The position numbers and the translations under genes were made by a program. From Phoronis australis (taxonomy: Eukaryota; Animalia; Phoronida): DNA of 64,000 bases. The DNA lies in NCBI GenBank assembly GCA_002633005.1, contig NMRA01000221.1:436290-500289 (forward strand). Direction: 5' to 3'. Of this stretch, positions 1 to 12,300 are shown in pieces; the first letter of the stretch is position 1, and each line of letters opens with the position of its first letter. The notes beneath the pieces were generated by a model that made no database searches, had not been told where the DNA came from, and saw only the letters and a list, made by a program, of their open reading frames with translations.

Positions 1-1272
1 AATTTAAATATTCGCTATTGATTTTATTATACTTTAAATATTTGCTATGTAAATGTTGTTGATTTAAAAGATATCAGTCTGGCGTATATGACAAACATTT
101 ATTTAATTTTACTCAATATTATTCATTTCATTACTTATATTTTTACGTATGATTCATTTATTTACATGGGTGCGGTTAAGCAAAGTCTGTGATGCGATTT
201 TTTCATTATTCTGTTAAGAAGGCAGACATTCCATGATATTATACGTGCGCGACGAATTATGTTTTATAAATTGTCTTGCGTGACAGGCAATGAATTTCAG
301 TCTACCTCTTCTGTTTTTCACTAAACAAAATGTATTTTCAAACATTGGCATTAAGTTACGAAGTATCTATAACCATCCAAGCTGAATTCTCCATTTAATA
401 CCTGGACATTACTGTCCCGAAGGGGGCGTATGTAATCCTGGTGTGCGAACAGGAAATGATGTGCTATGGCCGTGTGTTGTTGCTAGGTTAGATTTAGGTG
501 CTGTTTAAGTCCCTCCCTCAGTCAAATTTGTTTAGCAAGTCACGTGCTTAACTAAGTGTATTTTTGCTGATAAAGTGTTATGGCTTATGGTGCTCAGCAA
601 TATAGGAATCATCCCACCAAGTGACGTCATATCTTTTGTCAGAATAGTAATAACGCAATGTGTTTTCTAAAACTAAAATATTGTAGGCCTTGCAAGGCCG
701 AATTTTCCTATGTCGTCTATCTTTATGTTGTGCAAATGCATTGGCCCTTTTTAAACACCTAGAGCCATCAATTACAAGTCTAGAACCAAGGTTGATACCA
801 ATTTGTATTTGACCTGTTTGAGTTGTGCCATTAGTGACTGTGAAATTACCTCATTTAAAAATATATGATACGTAGATTATTGTTGTTGTTGTTTTAACTG
901 TCATTATAGTTTATCTTCTAAGTCTAAAACTGTTAATAAAATGAAACGCTCATATAAAAATTGTGTTTTTCTTTAGGTTGCCTTATCAAACAAACGCAAC
1001 TTGATTTTTAGGCAATTGTTCAATTTCGTTAACTAAGATTGGAAATTAATCGAAAACAGAGACCAGGCGCAGGTGGGGGTACGTGAATCCGTAAATCAGA
1101 CGCTGGTGAGTTACGTGAACCCGTAAATCAAGTAAAGCTACCATGAAACCACAAAAGAAACGAATTTCTATTTCGACTACTCCCCAAAATAAACCAGGTA
1201 TCCTTTTTATCCTTAACCACTTGAGAAGTGATTTCTAGACTTGAAATAAACTGAGAGTTCATTGTTGCTTGA

Positions 1273-1534
1273 CATGCGCGCACCCAGCCCAACATATAGG
1301 GCGGAACTCGAATTTGTGGCAATGTGGACCTTTTTCTAACAAAAAATACGGTGAACTAAAGGAAAAAAACGGGGAACCACGTTCAGAGCTATGAATTTTG
1401 CATTCGCGCCTTTTGAGTGGAATTTTGTCTCGTTTTCTCGGACTTTTTGTTTCTTTGAGAGGCACCTTTGTGCCCACATCGCCAAATGGAGGGGGTCATT
1501 CGAGTCCCCCGAGCCCGCCCTGGGTGCGTGCATG
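1273..1534. mobile_element. MITE family A (CATGCGCGCACCCAG TIR, 5-bp TSD)
   Basis: TIRs at both ends. TSD CTTGA. Confidence 0.85.
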
Positions 1535-2418
1535 CTTGAAACAAGGCTAGGCACATGAAATGACCCACTCACACGACAGCCCAGCTTCTTGAGGAATAAC
1601 TTTAGCGAAATCAATTTACTACAAGAGGTCCACATCAAATATTTTTGAGGGGTGGCTTAATTGCACAATAGGGTTTTATATTGAGAAGACATGCTCTTCT
1701 TACGTCTTTCAACTTTTGTGCTTCTCAATAATTTTTAACGAAATCTTGACTTGGGGAGGAATATCGTGTGAATTTCAATATTCACCGACCAAACTGTAAA
1801 ATCTTCCGTCAGCCTACATTATAAGTTGCAATGAATGACTAATATAATTGCGAAGCATTACGTTAGATGTCCTTGACAAACGTACAGTCACCCTGACAAA
1901 CGCGTCACATAGTTCTGGGCTAAGATAAAATGTATTGCTTTGTTGTGAAGTGTCAAGCGTGCGGTGAAAGGTCACGTCATTGATGTTTATTATGGAATGG
2001 GGAAATCCCCGTGAAGTTGACGTGACACGAGACACGACCTTAAATAACTTAAATCAAAAGGATGTTCACTTATCAAGGGTGCGAGCATTGTTTATTGTTG
2101 ATTGCTATCATGATATTCTATCATTTCCCGATATTTTAATTCGTCTCAAAATACCAGAATCAAGCAGCAATACATTGGTCCGTGCTGTTGAGCAGTACAA
2201 ATTCAAATCTCCGCACTATTGTAGCCTAGAGGAAAACTCGTTACAGAAGAAACAGTTTACGAGAAAGGATTTTTATCGGAAATGCTCTGCAATTTGTTTA
2301 TTTGGCTAACATGGACGGAAGGAAGAGATAGTGAAAATAACTACGGGCGAAACTGAAATTCAGTTCATGACTTCATTAGCCACTTGAGAGGGAAATTAAC
2401 AATGTTGTCATGGTGTGG

Positions 2419-2566
2419 CATGGGCGGCGCACAGTAGGAGGCTGGGGGCTATAGCCCCCCACTTTTTTCACTGCTACGCCGCACATGGTCTATAGGCGAT
2501 GCACCACCGATGCTGAGGGAGCTTTAGCCCCCTCCCCCCACTTTTTTCAGTGCTGCGCCGCCCATC
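2419..2566. mobile_element. Small TIR element, apparently a head-to-tail dimer
   Basis: Ends CATGGGCGGCGCA...TGCGCCGCCCATC. TSD TGTGG. Two related internal units each contain TAGCCCCC..CCCCACTTTTTTCA. Confidence 0.65.
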
Positions 2567-3589
2567 TGTGGCCATGGTAAAAATTTCGAAACTGGAATAG
2601 GTTGTCCCACGAGCTACGTTTACAGAGCGTGCAGTTGTATTTTTAAAAGTAAAGGTTTTACCGGGGGTTCGGATCCACACGACGCCAGCTTCCACAGAGT
2701 GTATCTATGGCTGGACTAGCGATGTACGATCATGGCCGTGGAGCGAGTAAGTTTTGCATACCAAGAGGATAATGGAAAGAAATCTATTATTATCACGGAA
2801 AACATTGTGTCACAAAATACTCCACTATCCTTCTATATACCAGGAATTGTACGATGACACTTGGCTTACTTCAAACACCAACTGAAGCCTGATGGTTTGG
2901 TATATGGCTCAGTTATGTTACGCAGCCAACAGAATTAATGAGGAACATATAATTGCAACATTAAACAAACGTTTTAGGTTGTAGAAGTCATATTTCTTGT
3001 CCAGTTTTCAAATTTCAAAAACATAATCACGTTTGATTTTCACGAACTATTCAATTTTATGCTACTTACAAACTTTCAAAACCAAATTTAAAAATACTAT
3101 TGTCGCTCTTAATGTGTTTATGATGGTCTCATTATGCAGAGAACGATAACATCAGCACCCTGAGGCGATTTAAGTAAACACAAGAGCATGGTGCCTTTGA
3201 TGTGAACCGGCAGATTCTGTGATTCTGCGCAAACTAATCGAGTTGCCCAATCTCGACCGGATAGGGAGTCGACGTAGGATTATTTTCATGTATTTTAGTA
3301 GATTGCTATAACAAATTTAGATTTCATCAGCACATTCTCCAATTCTCATTTCTAGTTGTTTCGACAGTCAAAATAAAAGGGGAACATTAAATCAAAGAGA
3401 ATCTATCAGAGACAAAGATTGTCTTTGAATAATCAGACGAAGAGATTTTGTGAATACGCATGCTCAGTCAACTGTGATATGTATTTGGAGATTTTTGTAA
3501 ACATTTACCCTTGACGTCACTGGTGTCTCTAACCACGTATAGCTGAAAAACTGTGCCTGAAGTTTTCTCATAATTTATTATTGAGTTAA

Positions 3590-5348
3590 AGAGGAATATC
3601 TATAATTCAATTACACTAGTCTTCATTGTAACAAGTCTGCAAGACCGTTTAAGAATTGAAAAATATGAACCATTGAATGGTTAGTAAAATGTTCATCTTT
3701 GAATGGTTTCACAAATGTATTTGTCCTAAAATCTGCCCGACCCGTATGTGGATACTTCCGGAAAGGATATGCCGGTTCCCTGCGTCTAATTTCCACAACC
3801 ATACGGACTCTCTTTCTCTTAGTGGATGAGTCGTGCGCTAACAGGAAGTTTTAACTATTACACGAAAATATTTTGATGATTCGTAGTCCATGGGCAAATT
3901 CTTGAGCAGAAATGAGCCCAATTCCAGTTGGTTACGCATTGTTATTGAAATCTAGGACCAATATATTACTCCCAGTTGAAATTCACATTTTATTAGTATA
4001 ACTGAACAATGCGATGTGTAATATTATAACATAAATACTACTGCTACGACTAAATGAAATGTCCGTGATACCATTTTTGTCGAATATAAAGCATTCCCGA
4101 AACGGAAAGTTGATGTCACAAAATTTCATGGACATACTATTCTTTTTCCCTATAACCGTTGCTCATGGTCGTCGTAGCGCAACTGAAACAATCCTTGGCT
4201 ATGAAAGATCAGTTGTGGATGATTTTAAGAACTTAGACCGGCTGGGTGAGTTTTCAGGGTTGTTGGTAGCCAATCAATTTGTGCCTTTATATTCGCTGTG
4301 CGCTCGGAGTCGGTCAACCGCTTGTAGTGCTTGGGCTGAGATATCCTCGTTCCAGCCTCCAGCGCGCAAGCGGTTTCGTGCAAGCCAAAAACTTCAGATA
4401 AGTTCCTGATAATATCAACTTCCTTACGGGAGAGTCATGTCAGTTGACTAACATGATTGGTGTCGCATTTACTACACAATAACCACGTGACAATATACTG
4501 TATGCGGACAGCGAGATCACAAACCGTCGTGTTGCGAATCACATTTGTGCCCTTGTTTGGATCGAGGAACAGCATTCGTTGCGAAATTACTCGACGTCAT
4601 TTCTATACCAAACATCAGCCAGAACAAATCGAAGCAGCCTAGTCCTTTAGCTCCAAAGGACTAAGTGTAGGGCCGTGATTGCTTTCCACCACGAAATCCA
4701 CTTGGCGTCGGACATTGCGGACTCACCACACGTGACCCTTACAATAAACATTCCATCGGAAAGTGGTTACACATAGTTTCCTTATCGAACCAGCGTGGAA
4801 CCGTCGGGAGCGTAATCAAAAGTGCATGGATCCTATGAAACTGGTTAAAACATTTACTGACAAACTCACAAGCAAAATCTGGAGTTATTGTCTTCACAGC
4901 GTCAATACGGTGGCTGAGAAAGACAAGAATTAATTTCCCTAACTAGGACACTCGATTTAAAGACCGGTGCTCGAGTTAGGAAAAAAATAAATTCCTATGT
5001 CCTTTCCCAGCCACTGTATGTCAGCAACTGCGTGTTTTGATTTCTGAGTGCGCATGCGCGTTAATCACGGACTAACCGTAGCTGGAATACGCCGCAATAC
5101 AAGGACAAAATATACTCCAGGTATTCTTCAGAATTATCCTCAAAATTTTTTCAAACAAAAGCCGACAATCAAATTGATAAGCCAACGATAAAACGATGAT
5201 TTTGCAATGAAGCAGGCACGTTAAAGATTGGCGGTAAATTATTGAGACATCGACTTCCGGTATCGAGAATGCATGGATTTCGAATTGACTTTTCCACAGC
5301 TAAGTCCTAGCGTTTTACAACGAGGTTAATCAATTATTGAAATTCTCT
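3590..5348. mobile_element. Possible old Kolobok-type non-autonomous element (TTAA TSD, AGAG ends)
   Basis: Left end TTAA-AGAGGAATATCTATAATTCAATTAC. Right end, reverse-complemented, TTAA-AGAGAATTTCAATAATTGATTAAC. No recognisable transposase inside. Confidence 0.4.
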
Positions 5349-5656
5349 TTAAAGACAGCTCTCATTTGATTACGGTAATTCGCCGCATATTTCGCACAAA
5401 AATTACCAGAACTGCCATTTTCCGTTTGTCAAGGGCTGGTTATTTCACTCCTACCAAACGTTGTTTTATGACGTCAGCACAGCACACACCATGCTCAGGT
5501 AAAACTGAGAGAAATGAATTTTAATTGAAAAGCAATACGACACTTTTGCAAAGGTCGTTCTGAAACCCTTTAGTGGAACTTCATTTTGTTACCAAAAACT
5601 TAACCAAAGTATCAAATTATAATATATATTTTGTGTCACTTTAAATTAAATTAGGC

Positions 5657-5909
5657 CATGCGCGCACCAGGGCAGGGGCTCGGGGGGTTCGAACAAGCCC
5701 ATAAGGCGAAGTTAGTGAAAAGGTCCGCCTCAGAAAAAACAAAAACCTCCGAGAAAAAGTAGGAAACGAGACAAGTCTACTAAAAAGTTAGGAACTACCA
5801 AAAATTGGCGAATGTACACTTCATAACTGAACGTACACCGTGAATCTCAGTAAAAGGTCCACATTCTCAAAAATTCGAGCCCCCATTTTTCAGCCTGGGT
5901 ACGCGCATG
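5657..5909. mobile_element. MITE family A
   Basis: TIRs at both ends. TSD TAGGC. Confidence 0.85.
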
Positions 5910-6072
5910 TAGGCCAACACATATTTTATAAGGAAAGCTTCGCATTTTGTATTCAGGGTCCCCTAGCTGTAGCTCTTGAGGGGAAAACAACGTAAAAATG
6001 GTCTTAGTACGCAAATTGCAGTTTGTGAGGCGTTATTGATGTTTTCCTCGGACATTAAATGTTGCTAGGTGG

Positions 6073-6163
6073 GTGTGNNNNNNNNNNNNNNNNNNNNNNN
6101 NNNNNNNNNNNNNNNNNNNNNNNNNNNNNNNNNNNNNNNNNNNNNNNNNNNNNNNNNNNNNNN

Positions 6164-6207
<44 letters not shown>
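6073..6207. repeat. (TG)n microsatellite spanning the assembly gap 6078-6163
   Basis: Read directly from the sequence. Confidence 0.95.
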
Positions 6208-6211
<4 letters not shown>

Positions 6212-9053
6212 CGTGTCGTGTGGGCCAACATGTGGTTGTCTCGATAAATGTAATCAGCTGTGTGTACTACTTTCACATCTAGGTACTAATGTTACCTTTT
6301 ACTTATGAAGTAAATAAATAAATTGCTATCAATGAAGATCATTCCTCCGTCACTATAGGTAGGTGGTGCGGAGACAACTTTTCTTCGCAAGGTGACAAGG
6401 TGATCGAAAATCCCCAACCAGGTAGTTGACCTTTTCACGTTGAGTTTCAGATCCGCTTCCACGAGCACCCGGAAATTTCAACCCCGGAACAGAAAGTACT
6501 TCCGCTCACCATTGGGCTCTTTCAACTAATAGTAAATAGATAACCAGGTATTTCCGACATCAGGTGACGTTATCACTAGAATTAGTGGCTCACTTGCGCA
6601 ATAAGGACTATCAAGCAGTGACGTCACTGAGAAAGCAGCGAGGGATGCAGCCCAATGAGTACAAGACACGCCAACAACTTGTGACTGACACTGAACAGGC
6701 CGTCATGCTGTAGACTTACACAATGACTTTCTGTGTGACGTTCCACTACTCATGAACATGGAATTTTCTTAGGGTTCGTTTTTTTGTTAAAGCGGCTAAC
6801 CTTTCATCGAAAACTCAAGTTTTAGTGTCCCTATAACTCCGATGAGAAATGGTTTCTGCTGGTAGACCGTAGGCTGGCAGTTCTTATTTGCTTACGATCA
6901 TATGTTTGGCGCAGAAATCGACCCGACCGACGTGACAAGTGAGTCTCGCGTCTGATCTCAACAATCACTCTACAAACGGCCTGGAAATCACCATCTGATT
7001 TTGCAAAACATATTGAGATCAATGTCGATTACGGAAACCAAAGTAACCGAACACTAGTCTTACAAATAATAATCTTTCAGCACATCTTCGAGCAAAATTT
7101 GTTGGATATTGAATTTTTTAATTTAAATTTCTTTTAGTCAACAAAAATCGCCAACAAGCCCGAACACAATGCCTGTGCAGTCAAACTGGAATGCCGATTT
7201 TATTACGAATATTTGAGAAATATGTGCACTTTTAAATACTACATCAAATGTTATTTAATGAATAGAATTTGTATAAAGAACCATTTCTGTTGCAACCTTA
7301 TTCACTTCTGAACAGTTCTGTTGCAAAAATGAATCCTTTTCCAACCGCCGAAAAAGTGAATCCTTTTCCATGGACTTTGAAACGAAAACCTTGGTTAATT
7401 CACTCATTGCGCGGCAAGTCCCTCTCGTGTAGTCACCAAGCTTCAACCTCAGTCGACATATCAAAATAAAAAATTAAATTATGAAGAACAACAACGACGT
7501 ACATATTCACGAACCCCTCTGTGAGACTCATAGTTGTCATAGCACGCAATTTCACTAATTCCTTTCCAGAGCCTCTACGGAAAGTGACACTACAAAGGAT
7601 TTACCTGTAGAGTTACGTAACTTAAAACCGGTGTGTTTGCCGTAGCAAATGAAAAGGTCGCTCACCAGTTCAGGCATATTTGTTAACTGGCGGTCATTGC
7701 TAGTACACAGCGTCGATGCGATTCAATGGCGGAGTGAAATCAATAAGCAGAATTCAACTCGTACATGGCGACGTTACCAGTCAGCACTTGTTTGGACATC
7801 TTTGTTCATGGTTTAAGGCAAGATAGGTAAGATAAATTAAATACAGATCAATCCTCGGCCACGTGAAGTGGCATTTTTTAATCATAAGTGTATCCTCGGT
7901 GAATTGGTCGATCGCAGTTCGGCGACACCCATGGTAAAACGGTTGCAAACTATGAACCCACTCTCCCCACATTTGCAAATGAGGGCCCCGAACCAGGATG
8001 CCTGTGTGATATTTGAATTTGAACCGGATTTCACACATATTACAAAGAAAGCTCATTTCTTAATCGTTATTTTGAGCTGCAGGTTTGAGCTCCTCGACAG
8101 AGAGTGATCGACGTTAGACGCCATTGGCATTAGTCAGTAACTTGTGAATTAAAACATTTAGTATTTCTTCAAAGTTTTACTTTTAGAGTAAACCCGTGAA
8201 CATTCAAAAGAACACCATTTGATTTTGACCACCTCCCTCTCTAAAACTTGTCTCCACTTGTTCCCTGCCGAGACAAAAAGAAATTTCTGGGCTTATGCCA
8301 AGAACAGTTCGTTATTACTCGGCGCCCAAAACGACCTGACATGACAAGACTGCGACATACTGAGGCTGGGAGTGCTTCAGGAAAAGGGACTTATATAAAT
8401 TTAATAAAAAACTTAGGGAAGAAAAATCAATTTGACGCTCCAATAACTATTTTCTGAAGACTAATTCAGTCTCGATCACTTTAGCAAATAACAAATTCTC
8501 CGAGGGTATACAATAATTGATAGTTTCTGAGATAATGTCTATGTTATTTCGAGGCTATATGTGTTAATAATAATAACAACAACAGAATCTCTAATTCGTG
8601 AACCTGACCCCTGACCCCTGGTGTCAAACAAATTCTTTCCAAATCCCGAAATCGCTTATAATGTGAGAAAAAAGACATGTCGCTGACAATTTTTAAACAA
8701 GAAGTTATCGAAATTGGAAACCATTTTTTACGAAAAGCGGGTTTGTACAGTGCAAATCAGTCTGCAAACTACAACTACTAAATAATGAAACAGTTCATGA
8801 GCGTAGGGAGGCAATGTGCTCTGTTTAACCCCCCTCTCCTACACATCATGAAACTGTGAGAAAAAAGTACAACGGTTGAATCGACGGTGGGAATTTGTTC
8901 TTAGTTCTAATATTGATTTATTAAGAAACACTGCGACTGGTTCATTGGACTCACCTTCCAAACATTTTAGGTCTTTTACAATCTGTTTATGTCCGTCTAA
9001 ACATTCCGAAATTACAAAATCATGAACTATACATTGTTTACAGAGTATCTATG

Positions 9054-9210
9054 CAGGGGCGGATCCAGGATTTTGAGTTAGGGGGGCCAGGGCAGCATAT
9101 TAGCTAGGATTTTGGCCGTCAGACATTCGCACCTCCAAACTGCCCAATGGAATCTGGGAGAATTTTAGGGGGGCCATGGCCCCCTTGGCCCCCATCTAAA
9201 TCCGCCACTG
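9054..9210. mobile_element. MITE family B (CAGGGGCGGAT...ATCCGCCACTG, 5-bp TSD)
   Basis: TIRs present. TSD CTATG. Homologous to 38254-38406. Confidence 0.85.
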
Positions 9211-9365
9211 CTATGGTAAACCTGAGGAGACTGGTTTTATCGAATGCATTGTAGTTTTGGAAACTCGTATGTCACAGTCACGTGGAACCTAGCCTTACCT
9301 AGGTTTTAGTCTTGATCCAAAATGGTATACGGTATTTGAAACATTTATTTTGTCTTACAGGGAAA

Positions 9366-12300
9366 ATGATACATAAAAGTGAAGCCGTACTTGTCTTAGC
9401 AGCGTTGGTTTTCCAAAACTCGTCTGCGACTGACATCACACGGTCACGTGGTGAACCAGATATCTTCGCCAACAGCGCGTGCGTCCCAGCCAACTGCGTA
9501 ACCAAACGGTCGCAAGCCATAGATGGTTGTAGATGCCGGTGCCAAAATCCGTTCACAACGTTTGACCAGACCATTAGAAAATGCATTAGCGTTATACCAG
9601 GTAATTGTGAGGCCCTAGCTGAAATAGTACAAAGAGGTTAAAAGCAAGAATACAGAGTGTCTGAAAGAAAAATCGTTAAAACAAACACTTTAAAAAATAA
9701 AATAAATTTATCTTCAACGAAAGATAAAGCCAAATACACTCAGATGAAAATTGAAAAATATCGAAGTTGAGAAACCTAATGGATCCATATTGGAATGAGG
9801 TGAAATTATCATTTATACAAAAAAAAACAAACTGACATTTTTATTTTCCTAAATGTGCTCCAAGGTTTACAGGAATTCCACGTAACACATTCTTGACGTT
9901 AAACTAGATTTTTAATACGCTTCCCATCGTCAGTCAATCTTGAGTACGGTCAAATGTTCATAGTAATTTCCAGACTGAAATGTTCATTCTTAAAGACTTT
10001 TATAAATGAACTTCAATTGTTTGCCATATTGTGTCGTAAATCTGTGAAAGTTCCCCGTTTTTTACTTCAAAATGACCCGATTTTTTGGCCTTTCAGAATG
10101 TCTCGGAGCTGTGGTCGGAGACAAGTCCAACCACATTAACTACGTGACCATTTCGGGAGAAACAGTGCTTCCAAAAACACCGTTGTATGCTCAAGGTAAA
10201 TTTCTCACCATTCAGGTATCTTAAAATTACTTGCACTGCGTCAGCGGTTCCAAACGCCAGAGAAAGGACGGGGTGGTTATACCAAATGCTTTTAATTTAC
10301 GACTTGTTTCTTAGGTATTGTGGTCTTGCACCTAGATCTGTACAATGCAACCACTAAACAGTGCTTACCAAGAGTGCTGTTGGAGTTTCACTGAACGATC
10401 AACTCACTGAAACATACATTCCCTCAAGGGAAGTTCTTATTTTCGCGCTCTTCAAACATACAATTTAACTCCTCTGTTGGATTTAGATAATGGAAATTAC
10501 TGTCGACCAAGTAAATTTTTAGAAGGCGTTGTTAAATATATGATTAACTCCATCTATTTTAGTAAACAATAGCAAATGAAAATAAAACTTTTAAAACAAC
10601 GAGCAAACTTTGCATTCTGTACAATGCCGTAAAATTCCACGTGACGCCAAATGATTGATTGATTTGTTTTAACACCTAGACGCCCAGAATGTGACAACCA
10701 ACCTCGCCAGAAGCGAATCGTGTCAAGTGATACAGACGGCGTATTTACATGGATACTCGTGGCGCACTCTGGCGGCAAACAGCGGATTTGGAATTCGAAC
10801 AGAGTTCGACAATATGTATTTACAGGTATGCTCGAGACGTCTCTCAGACAGAATCTCAGATTGATAACCCTTTATGCTTATCAATATTTGGTGGAGATGC
10901 TGAGGTTAACTGCTATATGAGTAGCACACACAGTACTCAAAGCGGCTTTTAACCCACATTGCATCACTATAACACTTTGGTTTAGATTATCTACGGTCAT
11001 CAGGGATTGGAATTTTCATCCTTTTTGATTTCCTCTTATTTGATTTCTGATTTCCTATTTTTATCTCTTTATCATCATTTTAACTTTATTTATGCAAAAA
11101 CGTTTATTTCAATTAATTACAACACAAAAAATATTTCTATCACAAAAGCCAATCATCACCTGGAAAATTTTCCTGTTTTGTAATTGGTCATTCCAAGCAA
11201 TCTACAAACGGTTTGTCTCGGCGTGTCGTTTTATGCGCTGAGAATGGTCTCAACTGATAAGGAATTATATGTAGACCCAAATTATTTGCAAATCCATAAA
11301 TCACTTCTCAGGTGGGGAAGGAACAATTTGAGACTTACGTTTTACAGCGACAAGTGGTCTAAAAAACTCGCTTCTTGCACAGAACGCGGTTAACGGCCAC
11401 TTCAAATGTTTAATAGTTAAAAGTAAGACCGCTTACTTGTTTATATCTGAACTTGTTCCCTAACCAGGTGAGACGTTGTTTCAAGACAGAAAGAGCTTGC
11501 AGTTTGTTACTGCTTGGCTTTATGCCGGAACTAAAAGAAATTCCCCCCGCCCCGTTACGCCGCCTGCTGTCGAGCAATAACGAATTGACAGTTCTTTCCA
11601 AGCCAAGAAACTCTCTCCAATTTGATGTCAAATGGATTAAAGATACTCTTCCCTTTACAATCACCAATCTAGAACACAAGATGGGTTTCGTAAATCGAAA
11701 GATGTTACTAATAATATAAACAGTTCGTAAATTTCAGCCCACTGTGTGTTTGTCTTATTTCACTAGCATTATTTGTTTTAAAAGTGGGCGGGATTTCCGC
11801 GCAAAGCTTATTACATATGGCGGCAGTTGAGTGAGCACCAATAATGAACGAGTCAGCAGCCACTCACTACGACGGCCATTTTATGTGGGGGTGTACCACC
11901 AAAATAAGTATTAAACTAAAAATTCATATTAAATTCAGTCACGTTTTAAAATATTCGAAGTTGTGTTGAATGAACATTACTTGGGCTAAATTGCTTCAAA
12001 GTTCGTGTTATGAAGTTTTAGCTAAAATGAAACTGAGGGAGATAGAGATTGAGAAACCGATTGAGAGGGTGATGGAGTTAAGATGCAATAGGCCGAGTGA
12101 AAGAGTGTGATAGTTAAACATGGTCGTTACTGAGAGTGAAGGAAGTGAGCTTGTGAATGAGTGAGTGAGGGAATTGTCAGGATGCAGGCAGGAAGAGGGA
12201 AAAAGAGGACGAGAGGGTGAATAACGGCGCAACACGTTAGCGAGCTTGAAGGACGTGTACTACCGCATCTGAACGGATTATTTTCAGTGGACCGGAAGTC

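Noticed and set aside
10315-10395. Exon-like segment (TTTCTTAG|GIVVLHLDLYNATTKQC...) in intron 2 of the shavenoid-like gene
   Set aside because: It runs into a stop with no convincing donor, and exons 2 and 3 already join in phase without it.
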